Source of the DNA: Pseudobdellovibrionaceae bacterium
Lineage (GTDB): Bacteria; Bdellovibrionota; Bdellovibrionia; Bdellovibrionales; Bdellovibrionaceae
NCBI GenBank assembly: GCA_039810425.1
Contig: JBDHWW010000009.1
Location: forward strand, 19,446-83,445
Reading direction: 5' to 3'
DNA length: 64,000 bases
Below, piece after piece: positions 51,492-62,012 of the stretch (the stretch's first letter is position 1; each line of letters starts with the position of its first letter). Under the pieces are notes generated by a model. The model made no database searches and was not told where the DNA came from. It saw nothing but the letters and a program-made list of their open reading frames with translations. The translations under genes were made by a program, and so were the position numbers.

Positions 51492-52370
51492 ATGCCATCA
51501 TTTTTATTAAGTCCTTGGTTCGTAATTCCTGCTGTGGCTGTCTGTGTCGCTCTGATTGTTTTTACCTTTGCTGATAAAGCCATCAACTTCCTCTATAAAC
51601 GCAGCCTTGGTCAGCGCGAAGAAGTCATGAAGATCCTCAAACTCATGTCCGTGGAAGTGGATGAGCGCCAAGTAACATGGGCGATTCTTCTAATCAGTTT
51701 TGGCATGGGTGCTTTGTTTTTTATTCTCTTCTGGCCAAGCGTGTTCCTCGGCACGCTTTTCGGTGCGACAGTCACAATTGCTGGCTGGTCTGTTCCATTG
51801 CTGGTGGTGAGGTACTTGTATGAGCGCCGTTGCACGGTGTTTGTGGATCAAATGGTGGATGGTCTTACCATCATGGCCAATGGTATTAAAAGCGGATCCA
51901 ATGCGATGCAAAGTATGGAGCGTGTCATCGAAATTATGGGAAATCCCATCAGCCAAGAATTCCGCCAAGTCATCACTCAACATCAATTCGGCCAAAGTTT
52001 CGAAGAAGCTCTCCTGGACTTGGGCGAGCGAATTCCTCGACCTGACGTGCAGATGTTTGTGACCGCGATCAATATTTTGAAAGAAACCGGCGGTAACCTC
52101 GCTGAAACTTTTGAAACGATCGTGACGACAGTCCGTGAAAGGCAAAAAGTAGAGAAAAAAATTCAAGCACTCACCGCCCAAGGTCTTATGCAAGGGATTA
52201 TCGTCACATCTATCCCGTTCATATTGGCCGCGGTTTTCTTGGTGATTGATCCGAACTACATCAAACCGATGTTCAGTACGACCCTTGGTCTAGTCCTTCT
52301 CTTTGCCATGCTAGGCCTGCAAATTATCGGTGGCATCATGATCAAAAAGATTGTTACAATTAAAGTGTAA
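51492..52370 (+). CDS. tadB: Tad inner-membrane platform protein TadB
   Basis: F..Q..D.L..MAN..KSG, PI..EF, TGGNLAE, ALTAQG. Confidence 0.92.
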   Translation: MPSFLLSPWFVIPAVAVCVALIVFTFADKAINFLYKRSLGQREEVMKILKLMSVEVDERQVTWAILLISFGMGALFFILFWPSVFLGTLFGATVTIAGWSVPLLVVRYLYERRCTVFVDQMVDGLTIMANGIKSGSNAMQSMERVIEIMGNPISQEFRQVITQHQFGQSFEEALLDLGERIPRPDVQMFVTAINILKETGGNLAETFETIVTTVRERQKVEKKIQALTAQGLMQGIIVTSIPFILAAVFLVIDPNYIKPMFSTTLGLVLLFAMLGLQIIGGIMIKKIVTIKV

Positions 52371-52402
52371 ATTTCTTATTGTTCTTCAAGGATGAGGTTC
52401 AA

Positions 52403-54055
52403 ATGATGAAAAGGACGCTCTCAGTGTTGCTGCTATCCGCGGCTTTTCAAGCTCATGCTCTCGTAGACATGAAAAACGCCAACTACTCAAATACTTGGGT
52501 CGATATGGATGCTCCTGGCAGCGGCTATGATCTCAAGGTCTCGCGCACCTACAACAGCCGATCGCTCTTTAACGGTATCTTTGGTTTCGGGTGGTGTTCT
52601 GACTTCGAGACTTCCATGGAGATTACGGCTGAAGGCAATCTTAAAATCAAAGAGTGCGGAGGTGGTCTTGAAGTGACGTTTTCACCCCGTGAGGTCACGA
52701 AGAAAGATGTTGAGAACACAATCTCTACCATTATCGCAAAGATGAAAGCCGACAAGAAAGTAGGGAAAACAGAGTCTTTCTACAAGAACCTGCAAACGCA
52801 GTTATCGGAAGATGATAACGCGCGCGCTGAGTACGCTCAACAGTACGGCATCAATATCGCCATTAAAGAGGGTACAAAGTTCTTCGCCAACGGTCGCGAG
52901 GTTGAAAACGTCGTGTTTAACAAAACTTTCTACACTCGCACCTTGATTGACGGCGGCTCACAGCGCTTCAATCTTCAAGGAAAACTCACTCACATGTACG
53001 ATAAGAACGGCAACTTCTTGAAGTTTGAGTATGAAAAAGGCTCTCTTCAGACTGTGACGGACAACAATAGCCGTCGGTTGACGTTCAAATATTTCCCAAA
53101 TAAGAAAGTCAAATCAATCTCGGGTCCAAATGGTTTGATGTCGGAATATCGTTTCGCGAATCTTGATGATTTAGCGCTCGTAAAGAATGCTTGGCTTAAG
53201 ACATATACTTATGAGTACGATGATCTGCATAACTTAACAAAAGCGAGCTATCCGGATAAGACCTCTATCGCTTTGAAATATGATAGAAAGAATGACTGGG
53301 TCATAAGCTTCACAGATCGTGAAAAGTGCGTTGAATCTTATGTCTACGATGTCGACAGCAAAGATTCAAAGAATCACTACTGGTCGATCGTTAAAAAAGT
53401 CTGCGGCAAAGAGACTGTTGCTGACAACAAGTACGAGTTCTGGCACAAACAACGCGCCGACGGGCAATATTACTTGCAACGTGTGCTTTCGTCGACGAAC
53501 GGCAACACGACAGATATCAGCTACCATGAGGTCTTTGGAAAACCGATTTCAATCCGCCGCAATGCTGAGAAAATTTCTTACGAGTACTATGCAGATGGCC
53601 AGGTGAAAGTGAAAGCCAGTCCAAATGTTCGTATGAGCTTTGAGTACGATGCGACTATCAAGAAGGTCAGCCAAGTCACCAGCACTTTCTATAATGACAA
53701 AGGTGTAAAAACGACTTCTAAGAGCTCCCAGTTCAAATACGACAACAAGGGGAACTTGGTTTACGCTCAGAATAGCGATGGTCAAAAGATCAATATGACC
53801 TACGACAACAAAGGTCGTATTTCTACAATCACGGACCAAGCCAAGAAGGTCGTTAAAATCGAGTACGAAGACCGCTTTGGTAAGCCATCTATAGTTACTC
53901 GCCCGGGTCTTGGCACTATTAAAGTGACTTACAAACCGAGTGGTGAGATCAACAAGGTCGAAAGTAAAGAGGGCCCTAGTGTAGCCATGCAGGTGGCTAG
54001 CACCTTCAACAATCTCTTAGACGTCGTTGCACCGGCAACTTCAGAAGTATTCTAA
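52403..54055 (+). CDS. Secreted RHS/YD-repeat protein (Bd0109-like) without a toxin tip
   Basis: Signal peptide ending AHA; RTYNS...G.FG.GW (DUF6531-like); many YD..GNL repeats; lies directly after tadB. Confidence 0.88.
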   Translation: MMKRTLSVLLLSAAFQAHALVDMKNANYSNTWVDMDAPGSGYDLKVSRTYNSRSLFNGIFGFGWCSDFETSMEITAEGNLKIKECGGGLEVTFSPREVTKKDVENTISTIIAKMKADKKVGKTESFYKNLQTQLSEDDNARAEYAQQYGINIAIKEGTKFFANGREVENVVFNKTFYTRTLIDGGSQRFNLQGKLTHMYDKNGNFLKFEYEKGSLQTVTDNNSRRLTFKYFPNKKVKSISGPNGLMSEYRFANLDDLALVKNAWLKTYTYEYDDLHNLTKASYPDKTSIALKYDRKNDWVISFTDREKCVESYVYDVDSKDSKNHYWSIVKKVCGKETVADNKYEFWHKQRADGQYYLQRVLSSTNGNTTDISYHEVFGKPISIRRNAEKISYEYYADGQVKVKASPNVRMSFEYDATIKKVSQVTSTFYNDKGVKTTSKSSQFKYDNKGNLVYAQNSDGQKINMTYDNKGRISTITDQAKKVVKIEYEDRFGKPSIVTRPGLGTIKVTYKPSGEINKVESKEGPSVAMQVASTFNNLLDVVAPATSEVF

Positions 54056-54071
54056 GGAAGGATCGAATAAT

Positions 54072-54446
54072 ATGAGAAACCTCATTCTTGCAATTACGAG
54101 CTTTTTCGCAACTGTTCTGATCTTTTCTGGTGTCGCGATGGCAGATATCAATGTTCCCTTGGATCCAAGCCACACCACAAGTGCGACAAGTCCCGATCCT
54201 GCGAAATCGGCCTCTGAAGAGGGCGGAGCAGACCACAATGAAAACGGCGTTCCCAATGCCGGGAATAAATGTCCAGACGGCACCTGTTTTAAAAACACGA
54301 TTGGCGCTCAAAACACCGCAACTAACGGCCGTATAGCTCCAGCGACGAAGTGTGTAGAGGGCAATAAAGGCTCTTGCGACGACTCTAAGTCCGCAGGCTC
54401 GGTAACACCTGGCTCTGGCAACAAATCTAACGGCGGTTCTCAGTAA
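54072..54446 (+). CDS. Small secreted disordered protein, positional homolog of Bdellovibrio hit-locus Bd0108
   Basis: SD AAGGA; signal peptide ending AMA; Gly/Ser/Thr/Asn-rich; Cys pairs; immediately downstream of the RHS gene at the end of the tad cluster. Confidence 0.75.
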   Translation: MRNLILAITSFFATVLIFSGVAMADINVPLDPSHTTSATSPDPAKSASEEGGADHNENGVPNAGNKCPDGTCFKNTIGAQNTATNGRIAPATKCVEGNKGSCDDSKSAGSVTPGSGNKSNGGSQ

Positions 54447-54452
54447 CACCCT

Positions 54453-54599
54453 TGTCTCATAGTGAGACACCAAGCCCTTTTTCGTTTCGCGCATGTCTAA
54501 TATGAAGACACCTTAGGAGGGGGCCACCTCTCCTAAGTTAATTAAATTCTTAGGCTTTTCTCTTTCGCAAATTATCCTGACTCTGGCACGTCCTTCGCT
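54453..54599 (+). promoter_or_regulatory. Two palindromic sites plus a sigma54 promoter
   Basis: TGTCTCA-TAG-TGAGACA (54453-54469), TGTCTAA-TAT-GAAGACA (54494-54510), TGGCACG-TCCT-TCGCT (54584-54599). Confidence 0.65.
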
Positions 54600-54653
54600 A
54601 TAGATATTCCTTGTAATGGTTTACCAATTGACTCTCTGACTAAGGAGGAGAAT

Positions 54654-54881
54654 ATGCGTATCTCTAAATTAATGATGTCCTTTATGGTATTGGCTTCTAT
54701 TGCCACAGCAGCTGCATCTGCGTCTGCAGCTGAGCCTAAATCTGAGCCTTCCTGCAGAAAGAACCTTCATCTAGATCGCAATGCCGAGACAAATCCAAGA
54801 CAACCGACGGTGAGCAAGAGTTCTTCTTCAGCAAAGAGCGAAACGATTTCTAAAGTTAGGTCTCATAGAGCCCGTAAGTAA
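54654..54881 (+). CDS. Small secreted Ser/Lys/Arg-rich protein
   Basis: SD AAGGAGGAG; signal peptide ending ASA; followed by a terminator. Confidence 0.78.
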   Translation: MRISKLMMSFMVLASIATAAASASAAEPKSEPSCRKNLHLDRNAETNPRQPTVSKSSSSAKSETISKVRSHRARK

Positions 54882-54908
54882 TTTCCGGGTTTAAAGATAA
54901 GGTACGGG

Positions 54909-54941
54909 CACTGGTTCTTTCCCTCGAAAGCCAGTGTTTTT
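54909..54941 (+). terminator. Intrinsic terminator
   Basis: CACTGG...CCAGTG stem followed by TTTTT. Confidence 0.55.
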
Positions 54942-54947
54942 ACCTTT

Positions 54948-55211
54948 TTAGTGGCCCGCTTGTTGAGCCTTGGATCCTTGACGATAACTATCGATCGTTC
55001 CCGTCACGCTGCCTTTAACCCCAGTGACAAGATTCTTGAGTGCTAAAGCCCCGCCCGCAGCGACACTTTGAATATAGATTGAAACCGAAGATTTTTGCAG
55101 CCACCATTGCGTGTAAGATTCCAAAGAATAATTTCCCACCTTTACTTGCATGGCCACAACCAAGACCACCGTAATAGTGAAGCTCTTAAGGACAAACATC
55201 AATTCACTCAT
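54948..55211 (-). CDS. Hypothetical small membrane protein
   Basis: N-terminal hydrophobic segment; ATGA-coupled to the receiver gene. Confidence 0.7.
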   Translation of the reverse strand: MSELMFVLKSFTITVVLVVAMQVKVGNYSLESYTQWWLQKSSVSIYIQSVAAGGALALKNLVTGVKGSVTGTIDSYRQGSKAQQAGH

Positions 55212-55591
55212 TTTGTTTTCTCCGGCGTATTCTTAAAATATTTCCCGACAACTTGCAGAAGCCCTTCTTTGCTGAACGGCTTCACGACATAGTCATTGCA
55301 ACCGACATCCTTCGCATTGTCGATAATGTTACGATCATCGAGTGTAGAGCAGGCGATGAGAATCGTTTCATGAGAGAGCTCGCGAATTTTGCGCGCAAGC
55401 TCGATGCCGTTTTCTTTCGGCATCACCATGTCGAGAATGACTAAATCAGGCAGCGTCTTTTCAAAAAGACGAAATCCTTCTTCACCATTCAACGCTTGCC
55501 CGACGCAAATAGCGCCCGCACCTTTAAGAATATTCTTAACAAGCTCACCAACGAACGCGGCATCATCAATCACGATATAGCGAAAGGACAT
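55208..55591 (-). CDS. Single-domain response regulator (CheY-like receiver)
   Basis: IDD, LDMVMP..NG, CST, KPF. Confidence 0.93.
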   Translation of the reverse strand: MSFRYIVIDDAAFVGELVKNILKGAGAICVGQALNGEEGFRLFEKTLPDLVILDMVMPKENGIELARKIRELSHETILIACSTLDDRNIIDNAKDVGCNDYVVKPFSKEGLLQVVGKYFKNTPEKTK

Positions 55592-55663
55592 AGGTTTATT
55601 ATCAAAATTTCTAAGTGAATTGTCTAAGCGCTTTCGCCTGGACTCGACCTAGCGAGGGGTCCA

Positions 55664-56770
55664 CTAGTTCCCCCAGCGGTAGCCTAACGAGAACATATAG
55701 AATGTGTTTGTGACACTGACGTTCTTTGGAATCAGACCCGTCGCAGGATCGACCGCCTTAGCTGCCCCATCAAACAAGTTCTTCTCAGAAGTCACCGCAG
55801 CTTCATAAAAAATCTGGGATTCTCGTGAAAGCCTGATTTCAGAGCCTAGTTGCACTCCCATGCGCACGTTTTCAGTACTGTTACCGGAACCGATATCCGC
55901 GCCTGCTTTTTGCTCCGTGTGCTGAAGGCGTGGATAAAAGCTGCCACCGATCAACCATGCAACGTCATTGCTTGAGGGCAGTCTTAGGGTCATTTTCACA
56001 CCTAGCCCTGTCGTCTTCAATTTCGTGCGGTAGGTATTGTCAGAGTCCACATTGAATTTATAGTCGCTGTACAACACATTAAATTCCAAAGACTTCGAAA
56101 TTTGAGAAAACCCAAAGAACTGACGGAACTTTAGACCGGTATCCAAGAACTCATAGCGGGCCGGCGAACGCGTCCCAGACACCGCATCTCCGCTGGTATC
56201 CGCACCGAGCGAGAACATAAAATTCCCGCCAAGACCGACGGCGGGAGTCAGCCAGACATTCGCGCCCAAGTTCATCCCCGTAAACACTGAGCGATAATAC
56301 CGATAAGAATAATTCGAAGAGGAATCGTTGGTGACATAGCTTGGTGCAAAGCTGATTTCAATTTTATTGCGTCGTGAATCTGAGACATCGAATTGGGATT
56401 GATAAAAATCCAAAGCGCGCTCTGGATCAGCAGAAAAAATACTTTGCGCCTGTTGTGTGATTGTTGGCTCTTCCTCCGCAGGTTGCATTTTCACCGGCAT
56501 CGGACGACCTTGTGGAATTTCAGTCTTTTTTGCCTCGGCCGGAGTGACCTTGTCCACACCCGCAGGCTGGACATTGGTCTGATCTTCATTCGAGGGTTTA
56601 CGTTTTTTAGGGGGCAGCTTCTGTGCGACTGGAGTCTGCTTCCTCGGCGCCAAGAGCGGCGACGTGGAGTTTCCGAGCAATAGCTCATAGGAAGAGTCCA
56701 ACTGAGCATAAGAAAATGCTGGAAGCACAAAAGCCGCAGTAAAAATGGACATGAGAGATACGAACTTCAT
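55664..56770 (-). CDS. Hypothetical outer-membrane beta-barrel protein
   Basis: Signal peptide, Pro/Gln-rich linker, alternating beta-strands, C-terminal FSLGYRW. Confidence 0.7.
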   Translation of the reverse strand: MKFVSLMSIFTAAFVLPAFSYAQLDSSYELLLGNSTSPLLAPRKQTPVAQKLPPKKRKPSNEDQTNVQPAGVDKVTPAEAKKTEIPQGRPMPVKMQPAEEEPTITQQAQSIFSADPERALDFYQSQFDVSDSRRNKIEISFAPSYVTNDSSSNYSYRYYRSVFTGMNLGANVWLTPAVGLGGNFMFSLGADTSGDAVSGTRSPARYEFLDTGLKFRQFFGFSQISKSLEFNVLYSDYKFNVDSDNTYRTKLKTTGLGVKMTLRLPSSNDVAWLIGGSFYPRLQHTEQKAGADIGSGNSTENVRMGVQLGSEIRLSRESQIFYEAAVTSEKNLFDGAAKAVDPATGLIPKNVSVTNTFYMFSLGYRWGN

Positions 56771-56847
56771 ACCAGATTTTTCGGATTCAAAGATCATTTA
56801 CTTGATGTGAAATTGACGAGTTTTTCGACTACAGGCAGAATTAAGAC

Positions 56848-58422
56848 ATGAAAAAATATCTTGGCGTCCTGCTTCCATTCGTCGTTCTCTTTTCACTACA
56901 GACTAGAGCCCAGTCGAACTCTGCTTTTGTAAGCGCAGCCGACCAAGACTTAACGATCAAGACTGTCACAGCAGTCCCATTTACAGACAATATCAAAGGC
57001 ATCTACGCAATTCCACTATACAGGAAGTTCCAAGAGCTCCTTAGCAACGATCGGTCTTGGTCCTATGAGACTCTTCCAGATACAACAGCCTCTCCGCTGG
57101 ATCTTGATGAAAATCCAAGTGCGGTCAAAGGTTTTCTGACCTCCGCAAAAGCGCAAGGATTGTTTTCCCTTCGCCTAACAAAAGGTCCCAAGGGTCTCAA
57201 CGGAAAAATGTATTTCTTCGTAGGATCTTCGGGCCTGCCCCTTTTGCAGGAGGAGCTTTCGGACTATCCAGGTTTTGAAATTGCGGATCTTGAAAAGCAA
57301 GTTCAGCGCATGTACGAAAAAATTAAGGCCCGCCTGCCATACCGCGGGATGATCCTGAGCCGCCGTGGCCAAGAAGTAACAATCAACCTCGGCTATAAAA
57401 ACGGTTTAAAAAATAACGATGAGATTTCGGTAATCCAGATTCTCAAAGTAAACCGTCACCCGAAATTAAAATTCATGATCAGCACCGAAAAAGAGATCCT
57501 TGGTAAAATCAAAGTTTACAAAACAGATGAGTACTTGAGTTTCGCCCACGTGACTTATGAAAAGGAGCCGGGAACGGTCCAGCCCACAGCGAAACTTCTG
57601 CCGCAAGAATTCATTCAGTATGCTGAACCTGTTGTGCAAAATGGCCAAGTCATCCCTGGTTTGGAAAATCGTAAAGACCGCGATGTCAGCTATGGGGACA
57701 ACCCCCGCGAATGGTTGCCACAAGAGGCTCCCCAGTACGGCCGCATCGCCATTTTAGCCGGGCTTGGCAACTACAGTACTTCGACCAATCTTTCTTCGGG
57801 CTCGATTGACGCTTCAACCTCGATGGCTCCGGAAATCGCCGTCAAGGGTGAGCTCTGGATTAGCAGCGAATGGAACATCTTGTATAACATCCGTCAATCA
57901 GTCTTCAGTGTTTCAAATCCGCTCTCCGGCTCAACGCCTGGCCACCTGAACATGTCTTTATCGTCTTATGGTGTGATGGGTGCTTACAACTTTCTGATGA
58001 GCGAAGACTTCTTCGGTCCTAAAATTCAACTGAGTGCCGGCTATGCAACTTACAATTCCCACTCAGATCAAAGCACTCCGTTGGCATTTACCAACATGAG
58101 CTACGGCGGCCTGGTATTTGGCTTGCTCGGTCAATTCCCATTGACCACAGAGGTGCCAATGGATCTGGGGGCTCAGTTCAACATGTTCATAAGCCCAGGC
58201 ATGAGTGAATCGACCGCTTCGGGTGATTCTTCAAAAAGCTCCATTAACCAATTCGGCTTCTTCGGCGTCTATCACTTGAAAAGCCGATTCAAAATCCGCG
58301 GCGAAATCAATTTCGAATATTACTCAACGGACTTTTCAGGCACGGGAGCCGGCTCGCGCACCTCAAACAATGCGACTCAGAAAATGACCAGCATTATGGG
58401 CGGCATTGAATATCTCTTTTAA
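56848..58422 (+). CDS. Hypothetical secreted protein with periplasmic domains and C-terminal beta-barrel
   Basis: Signal peptide; V.INLG...GL...D (FlgT-C-like); C-terminal GGIEYLF beta-signal. Confidence 0.7.
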   Translation: MKKYLGVLLPFVVLFSLQTRAQSNSAFVSAADQDLTIKTVTAVPFTDNIKGIYAIPLYRKFQELLSNDRSWSYETLPDTTASPLDLDENPSAVKGFLTSAKAQGLFSLRLTKGPKGLNGKMYFFVGSSGLPLLQEELSDYPGFEIADLEKQVQRMYEKIKARLPYRGMILSRRGQEVTINLGYKNGLKNNDEISVIQILKVNRHPKLKFMISTEKEILGKIKVYKTDEYLSFAHVTYEKEPGTVQPTAKLLPQEFIQYAEPVVQNGQVIPGLENRKDRDVSYGDNPREWLPQEAPQYGRIAILAGLGNYSTSTNLSSGSIDASTSMAPEIAVKGELWISSEWNILYNIRQSVFSVSNPLSGSTPGHLNMSLSSYGVMGAYNFLMSEDFFGPKIQLSAGYATYNSHSDQSTPLAFTNMSYGGLVFGLLGQFPLTTEVPMDLGAQFNMFISPGMSESTASGDSSKSSINQFGFFGVYHLKSRFKIRGEINFEYYSTDFSGTGAGSRTSNNATQKMTSIMGGIEYLF

Positions 58423-58423
58423 A

Positions 58424-58452
58424 AAAAGCCCCGGGATAAACCCGAGGCTTTT
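58424..58452. terminator. Bidirectional intrinsic terminator
   Basis: AAAAGCCCCGGG-ATAAA-CCCGAGGCTTTT between convergent genes. Confidence 0.8.
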
Positions 58453-58457
58453 GCAGC

Positions 58458-58484
58458 GCATCCGAAAAAGGTACGGCGTACCTT

Positions 58485-58487
<3 letters not shown>
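58458..58487 (-). repeat. 30-bp REP-like element, copy 2
   Basis: Minus strand TAGAAGGTACGCCGTACCTTTTTCGGATGC, beginning at the groEL stop codon. Confidence 0.8.
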
Positions 58488-60140
<1,653 letters not shown>

Positions 60141-60181
60141 TTAAATAAAACTTTTAGAAATAAGCGGGATATTAGGAACGA

Positions 60182-60481
60182 CTAGTGGAAAATACCGAGG
60201 ATATCTTCTTCCTTCATCATCAAGTACTCTTGACCCTCGAGTTTCAACTCAGTGCCAGCGTACTTGCTGAACAAAACTTTATCGCCGGCTTTCACTTCCA
60301 GCGGAAGAATCTTTCCGTCTTCAGTAACGCGGCCTTTGCCGGTTGCAACGATTTCACCTTTTTGGGGTTTTTCTTTAGCAGTGTCTGGGATGAAAAGACC
60401 GCCAGCGGTTTTTTCTTCTTCAGCCATACGACGAACCAAAATACGATCATGAAGAGGGCGAACGCCAATCTCTTTAGCCAT
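60182..60481 (-). CDS. groES: Co-chaperonin GroES
   Basis: [33 protein letters not shown]. Confidence 0.99.
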   Translation of the reverse strand: MAKEIGVRPLHDRILVRRMAEEEKTAGGLFIPDTAKEKPQKGEIVATGKGRVTEDGKILPLEVKAGDKVLFSKYAGTELKLEGQEYLMMKEEDILGIFH

Positions 60482-60485
60482 GTAA

Positions 60486-60555
60486 ATTACCTCCGAAATA
60501 TTTAGCCAATTGATATCGGAGGTAATATGAAGTGCCTTGTAATTATGTCAAGGCA
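60486..60555 (-). promoter_or_regulatory. groESL promoter with two inverted repeats
   Basis: Minus strand CTTGACA...CTTCATAT; inverted repeats ATTACCTCCGA/TCGGAGGTAAT (60486-60526) and TGCCTTG-N9-CAAGGCA (60533-60555). Confidence 0.55.
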
Positions 60556-60608
60556 TATGGGGTAATTTTGTCTATTGTGTGGCGCGTAAGATAAGTCGTT
60601 TTGAGACC

Positions 60609-61148
60609 TTATTTTACGCGATCGGCAGACAGGACACTGGCACTAGGAGCCAGATCTGAGGAGTGTGTTCCAAAAACGCTGTTCGCATAAGCCGCCATGA
60701 GTTCGGCCACCTCTTCGGCCGTCAATTTACCGGCAACTTCATTGAAGGCGGCTTTCTTGTCATCCACCTTTGTCAAATACCCGACAAAGTAGTCTGTCAC
60801 GGAAAGGTCCTTAGCCATTTCAAGGGTTGCTTGATCTTGTTCTAATTGTTCTTCAAGAGTTTCGCTATTGATGCCGGACGTGGCCTCGAGAGCGCTCTTG
60901 CGGCGGTTTAAATTAGGGTCTTTAGTTTTTGCGATCTGAATTTTGGTTTTGGTAACAGTGACCTTGCCGAGGGCATCTTGGACTTTTTCACTCTTCCATT
61001 CCCTGAAGCTCTTGGTTTTTACAGTTTCGACTGTCGGTGCGCCCTGGGCCGCTGTCCTCATAGGCTCGTGGGGCGTGATCGCGCGGGCATCCAAAGACAA
61101 CGCGAAGCACATTAAAAATGGCAAACATAGAAGTGAGCTCTTAAGCAT
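60609..61148 (-). CDS. Hypothetical secreted alpha-helical protein
   Basis: SD GGAGG; signal peptide ending ARA; no family recognised. Confidence 0.8.
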   Translation of the reverse strand: MLKSSLLCLPFLMCFALSLDARAITPHEPMRTAAQGAPTVETVKTKSFREWKSEKVQDALGKVTVTKTKIQIAKTKDPNLNRRKSALEATSGINSETLEEQLEQDQATLEMAKDLSVTDYFVGYLTKVDDKKAAFNEVAGKLTAEEVAELMAAYANSVFGTHSSDLAPSASVLSADRVK

Positions 61149-61190
61149 GAAAGGCCTCCGCAAGCACGTACAGCATCCAGGCGACTACCT

Positions 61191-61218
61191 TTCAAGGACT
61201 ATGCCCCAGTTTGAGACG
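61191..61218 (-). promoter_or_regulatory. Possible sigma54-like promoter overlapping a TGTCTCA-type palindrome
   Basis: Minus strand GGGCATA-GTCC-TTGAA (TTGA instead of TTGC); plus strand TGCCCCA-GTT-TGAGACG at 61202-61218. Confidence 0.4.
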
Positions 61219-61307
61219 CTCCATGTCAAATATAGAGGATTTAAGCTGAATTATGGAACAATAATGGGCCTTTAAACCCCCAAAATTGTCTGTGAAATAA
61301 AGTCAGG

Positions 61308-61844
61308 TTACGGGCAAACGGGGACGGTAAAGTCGCCTTTGACCCGGGTGCCACCCACCCTCGGGTGCTGAAAAAAGCCGTTCACCACCCCGCTGACTTG
61401 GTCCTTATCAATCGAAAGGAACGTGATCTCGCCGTGATCCGCGCGCATGTTATCGCGAGGCTGCAATTCAAAATCGAGGTCCGCGAAAAAGATCGAAAGA
61501 TTGGCGTTGAATGGATCTTCAGGGGTGATCGTCCAGCCGCCCACCTCATTTGGAGCAGTTAGACGTATTTGCAGAATAGAACCGGTCCTCTCTTGGCAGG
61601 GCTTAGAAACCGGATCATTCCAGAGCTGGACGATCATAAAATTCGGCTGAGATTTTTTAAGGTATGCGCGCCCGCTACGAAAATTCCAAACCTGACCATT
61701 AATCGTTCCATGAGCAGCCTCGCCCGTTCCAGTTTTTCTCTGATCATCATTGGAACTGGGCGACGGAGAGTTCGACGAGCTCCCCGGAGAGCATGCAACA
61801 ATAAGAGTTAAGCTAAAAAGTAAAATGTCGCGCCTGAGACCCAT
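61308..61844 (-). CDS. Hypothetical lipoprotein
   Basis: Lipobox IVAC, Ser-rich linker, beta-rich domain ending in VPVCP. Confidence 0.8.
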   Translation of the reverse strand: MGLRRDILLFSLTLIVACSPGSSSNSPSPSSNDDQRKTGTGEAAHGTINGQVWNFRSGRAYLKKSQPNFMIVQLWNDPVSKPCQERTGSILQIRLTAPNEVGGWTITPEDPFNANLSIFFADLDFELQPRDNMRADHGEITFLSIDKDQVSGVVNGFFQHPRVGGTRVKGDFTVPVCP

Positions 61845-62012
61845 CTACCTAAAAAGTTAAAGGGTTTCGAGTTTTAACTCAAGTTGACGAGTAAAAATAT
61901 AGACATTTAGCTTAGTTAAGGACCTTCGAAGAGCAGGCCTATGGTACGAGTGCCTACCAAAAAGGGGGCCTCGCCGCAGGTTCGTGATGATCTGTCTGAA
62001 GTTTAAATTGAA

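Noticed and set aside
52403..54446. RHS toxin-immunity pair
   Set aside because: No RHS core cleavage motif or toxin domain; the downstream protein is secreted and disordered, matching the hit-locus arrangement instead.
60482..60608. CIRCE element upstream of groES
   Set aside because: No TTAGCACTC-N9-GAGTGCTAA match.
60592..60608. Further TGAGAC occurrences (60602, 44711, 61835) as palindrome sites
   Set aside because: Half-sites only or wrong spacing, so they were not counted in the motif set.
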